DNA from: a bacterium
Lineage (GTDB): Bacteria; SAR324; NAC60-12
Direction of reading: 5' to 3'
Assembly: GCA_965209155.1 (NCBI GenBank)
Contig: OZ242383.1
Location: 3,136,001-3,200,000 of the forward strand
Length of the DNA stretch: 64,000 bases
Under the pieces are notes generated by a model. The model searched no databases. It was not told the DNA's origin and was given only the letters and a program-made list of their open reading frames with translations. Made by a program: the position numbers and the translations under genes. Positions 28,507-40,500 of the stretch are shown here, in pieces. Position 1 is the stretch's first letter, and each line of letters opens with the position of its first letter.

Positions 28507-31500
28507 TCACTGACTCCTTTGGAGGCTTTTCAAATAATCCGAAATTGTATTGGATCGTTCAAGAGCAAATTGTTCGTAATTCTTATATTTGGTGTTCTTG
28601 GATTTAACAACCCGATCATAGTGCAGCTTAGCTCTTCGCCATTTTTCTTGTTGTTCGTACAATATACCCAATTTCAAATTGACGGTAATATACCATTCGA
28701 GATTACTTGAGATCGGACGTGACGCCAATTTGGCAAGAATCTTGATGCTTTGGGTAGGATTGGATTCCAGTTCTGCCAGTTGCCAGGCAGCACTCAATTC
28801 TTCTTCCAAGGTTCCGCCTCTATCTGCTTCGCTAAACCATTTTTGTGCCTGCTCTTTGTCATCTAATGGACTTAAATAATAGCTTCCCAATTTGTAGGCA
28901 AATTGAATCTGGTCTTGTATATCTCTTAAATGCGGATAAATTTGCTCGTAGACGTCCACCACTTTGCTAAAATTGTTTTGTTGTTCATAAATGAAAGCCA
29001 GGTTTTTTGTCAAAAAGATGCGAGTTGCCTGATCTTCATTTGGGAGAATTTTCAGGGCGTTTTTGTAAAATTTTTCAGCAAGTTCATTGTCCGATATTTG
29101 TAGGGCTGCCTCCCCTTGAGAAAGCAAAGCTTCCAAGGATTCTGCTTTAGACGCATCGAGCTTTCCCCATAACTGATAAGCATCCAGAATACCTTGCCAA
29201 TTTTTTTGATGGCGCTCGGCATAAACCAGGATTTCAAATAATTCATGGTTCGGAGTAAGACTCTGGTTATCGAATCCGTTACGAATACGAATTGCCAGTT
29301 TTTGCCAGGATTTATTTTTTATCAATTGATCCAGTTCTTGGATGGAATTGTTTTTTTCAATCTCCTGAATCCGATTTTGAGCGTATTCTTGAAGCTCGCG
29401 ATCTTCCTTTTTTGTGATGGATTTCAGACTTGCCATCACACGATACTTTTCTAAGGCTTTTGGTATTTGCTGTCGTTTTTCATATAAAATCGCCAGACGG
29501 TAGTTAACATTTAATCTCCACTCTGGATTAAGTGAGCGTTGGGTAAGATTGTTTAGAAGTTGAATAGACTTATCCACTTCTTCCAGTTCTTCAGCAATGT
29601 CACTGAGCAACAGAATCGCACTTACCTCTACATCACTTTCTTGACCCTGATCTACTTTTTGGAGCCATTGGCGGGCTTTATCGTATTCTTTAAGGGGATC
29701 ATAATAAATTTGTCCAAGGGTGAGAGCATAATTTTGAAGTGTTTTTGTTTCGCTGAGATAGGGGATCAAATCTCGTTCATAGATTTGTACCACACTACGA
29801 TAGTCTTCGTCCTCTATGTACGAATCTGCTAAATGAAAAACGATCCCTTCCCTGAGATCCAAGTCAATTTCAGGAAGAGATAAAACTCTTTTATAAAGAT
29901 CTCTGCTTTTTTCATAACGATTTAATTTTTCTTCCGTCTCTGCCCAATCGATTAAAAATTCCGATTTTTGAACATCTTCTGGAGAAACAGAATCCCAGCG
30001 CATATATGTTGCAACAAGCTTTTTCCAATCCCTGAGTTGGTGATAAGCATTCAGCAAAGTTTGAAAATGGATAGGGAGCAAAGGAAAATCGTTTCTTTTT
30101 AAAAATTCTTCTATATGCACCGCTAAACTATTCCATTCTTTTGATTCCTGGTAAATTTCAATCAATTTTTCGAATGCAAATTGCTCATAGTCTGGGTCGT
30201 TTTTAATGACATTCAATTCAACTGCGGCTTGCTTCCATTGTTTTGTTTGGTAAAAACAAACACTTCGAGCATAGAGAACGTAGTGTCGGTCTTCTTGATT
30301 CAGTGAAGCGGAGAGTTCTTTATTTTCCTTGAGAATTTTCTCGCATTGATTATTTTTCAATGCAAGATTGATATCTTTCATTCGAAAAAAGTTTCGGTGC
30401 TGATCACTTAATGCTGAGTTATTTTTCGCCTCTGCGAGCAGATTTTGCAATTCTAAATACCGATTTTCTAATTCGAGAAGTTTAGATAACTGTAGGATCA
30501 ATTCCCCATCATTTTGATATTCTTTGCTTTTTCTAGCAAGGTCGAGTTCTCTAATTGCCTGGATATAATCCTCTTGATCAATAAAGAGATGCGCTAGCTC
30601 GTAGCGGACTCTGGCATCATGGGTACCATCGTCGGTATTTAAGTAATTCTTATAATTTGAAATGGTTTTTTGAGGTTCATTTATTTCTTGATAAATCTTA
30701 GCTAATCGGTGAAAAACCCGGGTTTGATATTGTTTGTCGTCCGTCTTCAGATAATTCTCGTAGAGTGCAACAATGGCTTTCAAACTGGACCGTGTGCGTT
30801 GAGACTCTGGTTGATGAAGCAAAATTTGATACATTCCTTCTGCTTTGAGAAAAAGGATGGTGTAACGTAAGGGGAACTCTGGAAATTGGTTTAATTTGTC
30901 AAAAAAAGTGATGGCTTCTTTGTAATTTCGTTGTTCCCATTCATCCTGGCCGAGTTGATAATAAAGCGAAGCAATTCTTGACCTGGCATCGTTTTGGAAC
31001 TGGTTGTCACCTGTTTCAAGATAGTTCCAATAGAGCTGGACGATGCTTTCGATACGAACCCGTTCGTGTTGGGACTTGGGCTGGCTCAGTAAAATTTGAT
31101 ATTGCCCTTCTGCTTTGAGAAAAAGGATGGTGTGACGTAAGGGAAACTCTGGAAATTGATTTAATTTGTCAAAAAAAGTGATGGCTTCTTTGTAGTTTCG
31201 TTGTTCCCATTCATTCTGGCCGAGTTGATAATATAACGAAGCAATTCTTGCCCTGGCATCGATTTGGAACTGGTTGTCACCTGTTTCGAGATAGTTCCAA
31301 TAGAGCTGGACGATGCTTTCGATACGAGCCCGTGCGTGTTGGGACTTGGGCTGGCTCAGTAAAATTTGATACTCCCCTTCAGCTTTAAGAAAAAGGGTGG
31401 GAGAACGTAGGGGAAATTGAGGAAATTGCTCCAGTTCGTCAAAAAAAGCAATAGCTTCTTTGTAATTGTCCTTTTCCCATTCAATCTGACCCAACTGGTA

Positions 31501-34500
31501 GAAAAGTGAAGCAATCCTGGCTATTGCATCATCTCGAAATTGGCTATCGTGGGTATGTAGATAGTCTTGAAATAATTGTAAAATAACTTCCAGGCGAGCG
31601 CGTTTGTCCTGAATTCCAGGTTGACTGAGCAACATTTGATATTCCCCTTCGGCTTTGAGAAAAAGGGTAGCGGAGCGTAAAGGAAATTCAGGAAATTTCT
31701 CTAATTCGTCAAATAACGCAATCGCTTCCATGTAGTTTTTCTTTTCCCATTCGATTTGCCCCAGCTTATAGTAAAGGGAAGCGATCCTCGCATTGGCATC
31801 ACTTAAATATTGACTGTCCCCAGTTTTTAGATAGTTCTGATAGAGTTCCAGGATTCTTTCCAGGCGATCTCTTTTATGTTGCGCCTCAGGTTGGCTGAGC
31901 AACATTTGATATTCCCCCTCAGCTTTTAGAAAAAGGGTGGGATCTCGCAGGGGAAAATTTGGGGAGTGTTCCAGTTCGTCAAAAAACGCGACTGCTTCTT
32001 TGTAGTTATTCTTTTCCCACTCAATCTGACCGAGTTGGTAGTTGAGAGAAGCGATTCTTTCTTTTGCATCATTCAGGTACTGATTATCTCCGGTTTTAAG
32101 ATAGTTTTGATAAAGTTGTACAATGCCTTCGAGCCTAGTCCTTAGGTATTGGGACTTGGGTTGGCTCAGCAAGATCTGGTACTCCCCTTCTGCTATGAGA
32201 AAAAGGGTGGGATCTCTCAAAGAAAATTCAGGGAATTGCTCCAATTTTTCAAAGAAAGTGATGGCTTCTTGGAAATTTTGCTTTTCCCATTCACTTTGAC
32301 CTAGTTGGTAATAAAGTGAAGCAATTCGCGAGTTGGCATCAGCTTCGTACTGACTATCCTCCGCATCTAAATAGTTTTGATAGAGCCCTACAATGCTCTC
32401 CATTCGGTCCTCTTTATTTTGAGGTTCAGACTCACTGAGCAGTATTTGATACTCCCCTTCTGCTTTCAGAAAAAGTGTGGGCAGACGCAAAGGAAATTGA
32501 GGAAATTGGTCCAATTCGTCAAAAAATGCTATAGCCTCTCGATAGTTTCGCTTATCCCATTCATTCTGACCAAGTTGATAATATAGCGAAGCAATTCTCG
32601 ATTGCGCTTCGGTTTGATATTGGACATCCTCGGTTTTGAGATAATGCTGAAAACGTTGCAGTATGGCTACCAGATGATCTCGATTGCGCTGGGATTCGGG
32701 CTCTCTTTGCATTAATTGATATTCTCCTTCCGCTTTCAGAAAAAGAGCGGGGTCATGCAGAGAGAATTGAGGAAATTGCTTGAGTTCGTCAAAAAACGTG
32801 ATTGCTTCCTGATAGTTTTGCTTTTTCCATTCCTGCTGCCCGAGCTGATAGTAAAGTAAAGCAATTCTCGCTTTAGCATCGTTATCGTATTCACCGTCCT
32901 GAGTCTCTAAATAGTTTTTGAAGAGTTCTACGATGGATTCCAAATGAGTTCGTCGGTGTTGAGACTCAGGTAGGCTGAGCATGAGTTGATATTCCCCCTC
33001 CGCCTTAAGAAAAAGGGTATGGGGACGCAAAGGGAATTCAGGGAATTGCTCCAATTCGTCAAAAAAAGCAATGGCCTCTTGGTAGTTTTGCTTTTTCCAT
33101 TCACTTTGACCTAGTTGGTAATAAAGTGAAGCAATACGCGAGTTGGCATCTTTTTGGAATTGATCATCTCCGGTTTTCAGATAACTCTGATATCGTTGAA
33201 TGATACTTTCCATTCTTGTTCTATTATTTTGAGACTCTGGCTGGCTCTGCAGGATTTGATACTCTCCTTCGGCTTTAAGAAAAAGAGTGGGATGGCGTAA
33301 GGGGAATTCAGGGAATTGTTCCAATTTGTTAAAAAAAGCAATGGCCTCTTGGTAGTTTTGCTTTTCCCATTCACTTTGACCTAGTTGATAGAAAAGCGAA
33401 GCGATCCTCTCTTTTGCGTCAATTTGATACTGGTTATCCTCGGTTTTGAGATAGTTTTGATAAAGCAGTATAATCTCTTCTTTACGAGTTCGGTTATGCT
33501 GACGCTTGGGTTGGCTCAAAAGGATTTGATACTCTCCTTCGGCTTTGAGAAACAGAGTGGAATGACGCAAGGGAAATCGAGGGAAATGTTCCAATTTTTC
33601 AAATAATGCGATGGCTTCCTCGTAGTTATGCTTTTCCCACTGTTGCTGACCGAGTTGATAGTAAAGTGAAGCAACCCTTGCTTTGGCATCACCTTGATAC
33701 TGGCTGTCCCCGGTTTTAAGATAGTTCTGAAAGAGCTCAACGATGGCTTCCAAGTGAGCCCCGTTGTGCTTGGAATTTGGTTTGTTCAACAAAATTTGAT
33801 ACTCTCCTTCGGCTTTGAGAAACAGAGTGGAATGACGCAGGGGAAACTGAGGAAACCGTTCCAGGTTATCAAAATATGCGATGGCTTCTTGATAGTTTTG
33901 CTTTGCCCATTCTTGTTGACCGAGTTGATAATAAAGTGAAGCAATCCTTGCTTCGGCATCGTTTTGGTATTGGGTGTCCTTTGTCGCTAAATAATTTTGA
34001 AAGAGTTGCATGACGACTTTCAGGCGAGCCTGTTCATTCTGCGGATTTTGTTGATTCTGGAGGATTTGATATTCCCCTTCGGCTTTGAGAAACAGAGCAG
34101 GGTTGAGTAATGGAAATTGAGGAAACTGTCGTAATTCGTCAAAAAAAGCGACGGCTTCTCGATAGTTTTTCTTTTCCCACTCACTCTGCCCAAGCTGATA
34201 AAAAATCGAAGCAATCCTTACTTTGGCGTCTTCTTCGTATTCGCTGTCTTCGGTCTCGAGATAATCCTGATAGAGTTGAATGATACCTTCCAGACTGACT
34301 CGTTTGTGGCGGTATTGATGAGGCCGTTGCTGTAATAATTGATACTCTCCTTCAGCTTTGAGAAACAAGGTTGGGTGGCGCAGTGGAAATTGTGGAAACT
34401 GTTCCAGTTCGTCAAAAAAAACAATGGCTTCTTTGTAGTTTTGCTTCTCCCATTCCTGCTGACCGAGTTGGTAGTAAATTGAAGCAATTCGGCTTCTAGC

Positions 34501-37500
34501 GTCGCTTCGGTATTGTTCGTCCTGAGTTTCCAAATAGTTTTGGTAAAGTTGCATTATGGCTTCCAGACGAACTTGTTTGTGTTGCGATTTAGGCTGGTAC
34601 TGGAGGATTTGATACTCTCCTTCAGCTTTGAGAAACAAGGTGGTGTGACGCAGTGGAAATTGTGGAAACTGTTCCAGTTCGTCAAAAAAAACAATGGCTT
34701 CTCGATAATTTTGCTTCTCCCATTCCTGCTGGCCGAGTTGGTAGTACAGCGAAGCTATCCGTGCTTTGGCGTCATCTTGGTACTGTTTGTCCCCGGTTTT
34801 GAGATAATTTTGAAAGAGTTTTAAGATGCCTTCCAGATGAGAGCGTTCATGATGGGACTCTGGTAGGTTTATTAAGATTTGATACTCCCCTTCCGCTTTC
34901 AGAAATAAGGCTGGGTGGCGTAAGGGAAAGTTGTGGAATTGAGCCAATTCATCAAAAAAAGCGATGGCCTCTTTGTAGTTTTGTTTATTCCACTCATACT
35001 GTCCGAACTGGTAATAAAGCGACGCAACTCTTGCTCGGGCATCGGCTCGATATTGATCGTCTTTCGTCTCTAAATAGTTTTGGTACAATTGAACAATGGT
35101 TTCCAGATGGGTCCGTTTGTGCTCAGATTCTGGTAGACTTTGCAGGATTTGATACTCTCCCTCCGCTTTCAGAAAAATCGTGTGAAAGCGTAATGGAAAT
35201 TCAGGGAATTGCTCCAATTTTTCAAAAAATGTAATGGCTTCTTGGTAGTTTTGCTTTTCCCATTCACCCTGACCGAGTTGATAATAAAGTGATGCAATCC
35301 TTGCTTTTGCTTCTTCATTGTATTGACTATCCTCTGTCTCCAAATAGTGCTGAAAGAGTTGAGCTATGGCTTCTAAGCGCGATTGTTCGTGCTCCGACTC
35401 GGGCTGGCTTTGCAGGATTTGATATTCCCCTTCCGCTTTCAGAAAAAGGGCGGGGCGGCGCAACGGAAAGTCTGGGAATTCTTCGAGATTGTCAAAAAAA
35501 GCAATGGCCTCTTTGTAGTTTTGCTTTTCCCATTCACCCTGACCGAGTTGATAATAAAGTGATGCAATCCTTGCTTTCGCATCGTCTTGGTAACGGTTGT
35601 CTTCTGCCTCCAAGTAATTTAGAAAGAGCTGAACAATTGCTTCCAAGCGTGCCCGTTCATGCTGCGTTTCTGGCAGGCTTTGTAGGATGTGATACTCTCC
35701 TTCCGCTTTGAGAAAGAGAGTTGCGTGGCGCAACGGAAAATCTGGAAATTCTTCGAGATTGTCAAAAAAAGCAATGGCCATTTTGTAGTTGTTCTTTTCC
35801 CATTCACCCTGACCGAGTTGATAATAAAGTGATGCAATTCTCGACCGTGCATCACTTTTGTACTGGCTGTCCAGAGTCTTCAAATAGTTTTGGTAAAGCA
35901 GAACAATGGCTTCCAGACGAGCCCGTTCTTGCTGCGACTGAGGCAAATTTTGCAGGATTTGATACTCTCCTTCCGCTCTGAGAAAAAGGGCAGTATTACG
36001 CAAGGGAAAATCTGGAAATTCTTCGAGATTGTCAAAAAAAACAACTGCCTCTTCATAGTTTTTCTTTTCCCATTCACCCTGACCGAGTTGATAATAAAAT
36101 GATGCAATTCTCGACCGTGCATCGCTTCGGTATTGCCTGTCCTGTGTCTTCAAATAATTTTGATAAAGCAGAACAATGGCTTCCATACCTTCTCGATTAT
36201 TCTGAAATTCAGGCTGCTCGAGCAATATCTGATATTCTCCTTCAGCAATTAGAAAAAGAGCAGTATAGCGCAAAGGGAAGTTTGGGAATTGTTCGAGACG
36301 GTTAAAATAAGCGATTGCCTCTTCATAGTTTTTCTTTCTCCATTCACCCTGACCGATTTCATAGTAGAGTGAAGCAATTCTTGCGCGTGCATCACTTCGA
36401 TATTGATTGTCTTCTGTATTGAGATAGTTTTTATAGAGTTGTACGATGGCTTCCATACTTTCTCGATATTGCCGGGACGCAGGCTTTCCCAGCAATATTT
36501 GATACTCTCCTTCTGCTATGAGAAAGAGAGTGGGATGGCGTAAGGAAAACTTGGGAAATTGCTCGAGTTCGTTGAAAAAAACTATTGCTTCTTCATAGTT
36601 TTTCTCCTCCCATTGTTGTTGACCGAGTTGATAATACACTGAAGCTATCCGGGCTCTGGCGTCGCTCAGGTATTGGTTGTCATCGGTTTTCAGATAATTC
36701 TGAAACAATTGCACGATGTTTTCCATGTGGGCCCGTTCGCGCTGCGACTCCGGCATGATTTGTAGCACTTGATATTCCCCTTCTGCTTTAAGAAAAAGAG
36801 CAGTATGGCGAAGGGGAAATCGCGGGAATTGCTCCAATTCATCAAAATATGCGATGGCCTTTTTGTAGTTTTTCTCTTCCCACTGTTGTTGACCGAGTTG
36901 GTAGTAGAGTTCAGCAATTCTCGTTTTTGCCTGGCCTTGGTATTGGTCGTCTTCGGTTTTCAGATAATTTTGGTACAGCAGGATGATAGCTTCTAAATGA
37001 ACACGTTTATGCAGGGATTCAGGCTGCCTGAATAAAATTCTATATTTCCCTTCGGCTTTAAGGAACAGAGTCGGATGGCGTAGAGGAAATTGAGGAAATC
37101 GCTCCAGTTCATCAAAATAAGCAATGGCGTCTTCGTAATTTTGCCTATCCCACTGTTGTTGACCGAGTTGATAGTAAAGCGATGCAATCCGATCTTTGGC
37201 GTCAGCTTGGTATTGATCGTCCCCGGTTTCCAAATAGTTTTGAAAGAGTTGCACGATCACTTCCAAACGCGCCTGTTCTTGACGTGACTCGTGTTCTTTC
37301 TGTATGAGTTGGTACTCCCCTTCTGCTTTGAGAAAAAGGGCGGTGTGGCGTAAAGGAAATTGAGGGAATTGATTTAATTTGTCGAAATATGCAATGGCTT
37401 CTTTGTAGTCCTGCGTTTCCCACTGTTGCTGCCCGAGCTGATAATAAAGCGAAGCAATTCTCGCATTTGCATCACTTTGGTATTGGCTGTTTTCCGTGAC

Positions 37501-40500
37501 TAAATAGTTTTGGAAGAGCTGAACTAATGCTTCCAAACGAGCGCGTTCGTGCTGCGATTCAGGCGAATTCATCAGGAGTAGATACTCCCCTTCTGCTTTG
37601 AGAAAAAGGGTGGGGTGGCGTAAAGGAAAGTTTGGATATTTCTCCAGTTCGTCAAAAAAAGCGATAGCCTCCTTGTAATTTTTTTGTTCCCACTCATTCT
37701 GCCCTAGCTGGTAATAAAGTGAAGCGATCCTCGCTCGAGACTCATCCAGATACTGATTGTCCTTGGTATCAAGATAGTTTTGAAATAGTTGTATTATATT
37801 TTCGATACGACCCCGATCATGCGACGACTTTGGCTGGCCTAGCAGAATTTGATACTCCCCTTCCGCTTTCAAAAAAAGAGTGAGGTGGCGTAAGGGAAAT
37901 TGAGGGAACTGTTCCAATTTTTCAAAAAAAGCGATGGCCTCTTGGTAGTTTTGCTTCTCCCACTCTTGTTGACCGAGTTGATAGTAAAGTAAAGCAATCC
38001 TGGATCCAGCATCGCTTTGATATTGATTATCCTCTGTTTTAAGGTAGTCCCAATAAAGTTGAATGATAGCCTCCAGGCGGACACGTTTGTGCTCGGACCG
38101 AGGCTGGCCAAGCAGAATTTGATACTCTCCTTCCGCTTTCAGAAAAAGGGTGGGGTGACGTAAGGGGAATTCGGGAAATTGCTCTAGTTCATCAAAAAAA
38201 ACCAGTGCTTTTTGGTAATTTTGCTTCTCCCACTCCTGTTGACCGAGTTGGTAGTAAAGTGAAGCGATTCTCGCTCGAGCATCGCTTCGGTATTGGCTGT
38301 CCTCTGTTTTGAGGTAGTCTTGAAAGAGTTGAATAATTCTTTCCAGACGACCTTGTTTGTGCTCGGATCGAGGTTGGCTGAGCAGAATTTGGTACTCTCC
38401 TTCCGCTTTCAGAAAAAGAGCTGTAAAACGTTGAGGAAACCGAGGGAATTGTTCTAATTTATTAAAAAGAGTGATGGCTTCTGCATAATTTTTCTTTTCC
38501 CATTCCTTCTGACCGAGTTGGTAGTAAAGTAAAGCAATTCTCGCTTTGGCATCGTCTTGGTACTTGGTATCTTTGGTTCTAAGATAGTTCTGATAAAGTT
38601 TTACAATGAATTCCAGGCGAGCACGTTCGTGCTCCGACTCAGATTGTTTTTGCAGAATTTGGTACTCCCCTTCCGCTTTCAGAAAAAGGGTGGGATGAAG
38701 CAAAGGGAACTGAGGAAATCGTTCCAGTTTGTCAAAATACCCGACTGCTTCTTTGTAATTTTTCTTTTCCCATTCCTTCTGACCGAGTTGATAGTAAAGT
38801 GAGGCGATTCTCTCATTGGCTTTCTCTTGGTACTGGATGTCTTTTGTTTTAAGATAATGCTGAAAGTTCTCCACAATGTTTTCGAGACGAGCTCTTGTGT
38901 GTTCGGTCTCAGGCTGGTTCTGCAGGATTTGATACTCTCCTTCCGCTTTGAAAAAATAGGTGGAACTACGTAAGGGAAATGAAGGGAAATGATTCAGTTC
39001 GTCAAAAAATTCGATTGCTTCTTTGTAATTTTTCTTTACCCACTCATTCTGACCGAGTTGATAATACAGCGAAGCGACCCTTGACTCAGCATCATTATTA
39101 TATTGGCTATCCCCCGTTTCCAAATAGTTCTGATAGAGATCAATGATGCCTTTCAGATGAGCATTAGTATGATGGGACTCAGGCTCACCGAGCAAGATTT
39201 GATACTCCCCTTCCGCTTTCAGAAAAAGAGTGGAATGACGTAGAGGGAATCGAGGAAATTGCTCCAATTCATCAAAATATGCGATTGCTTTTTTAAAGTT
39301 TTGCCTGTTCCATTCATTTTGACCAAGTTGATAGTAAAGTGAAGCAATCCTCGCCTCAGCATCACCTTGGTATTGACTGTCCCGGGTTTTCAAATAATTT
39401 TGAAAGAGTTGCGCAATGGTTTCCAAGCGGGTTTGATTTTTGTGCGCTTCAGGTCGACTCAGTAAGATTTGATACTCCCCTTCTGCTTTCAGAAAGAGAG
39501 AGGGGTGGCGTAGTGGGAATTGAGGAAATTTTTCTAATTTGTCAAAGAAAGCCACGGCTTCTTGATAATTTTGTTTTTCCCATTCCTGCTGTCCGATCTG
39601 GTAATAAAGTGAAGCAATTCTCGCTTTGGCATCGTCTTGATACTGGCTGTCCTTGGTCTCCAAATAGTTTTGGAAAAGCGCCACCACGTTTTCCAAATGC
39701 GGTCGTTTGTGCTCTGATTCAGGCTGGCGGAGCAAAATTTGATATTTTCCTTCCGCCTTCAGAAAGTGGGTGGCGTGGATTAGTGGAAACTGAGGAAATT
39801 TTTCTAATTTGTCAAAGAAAGCCACGGCTTCTTGATAATTTTGTTTTTCCCATTCCTGCTGTCCGATCTGGTAATAAAGTGAAGCAATCCTCGCCTCGGC
39901 ATTCTCTTGATATTCGCTGTCATCAGTTTTGAGATAGTCCTGATAGAGAAGAAGGATTGCTTCCAGCTGAGCTCGCTTGTGTTCAGATTCCGGTTGGCTC
40001 TGTAGGATTTGATATTCCCCTTCCGCTTTCAGAAAAAGGGTAGGCTTGCTTAAGGGGAATTGAGGAAATTGCTCCACTTCTTCAAAATAAGCGACTGCAT
40101 CTTTGTAGTTTTGCTGTTCCCACTCAGTCTGACCGAGTTGATAATAAAGCATAGCAATCCTCGCTTTGGCATCATCTTGGTACTGGCTATCTTCTGTTTT
40201 GAGATAATTCTGAAAGAGTACAATGATGGCTTCCATACGAACCTTATTCCTATGAGGTTCGGGTTCACTTTGCAGGACTTGATACTCCCCTTCGGCTTTG
40301 AGAAAAAGTGCAGGATGGCGCAGAGGAAATTGAGGGAATTGTTCAAGTTTTTCAAAAAATGCAATCGCTTCCTTATAGCTTTTCTTTTGCCATTCTTGTT
40401 GGCCGATCTGGTAGTAGAGGGAAGCAATTCTCGCTGTTGCATCACTTTGGTACTGGCTATCCTGGGTATCTAAATATTTTTGATAAAGCCGTATACTGTC

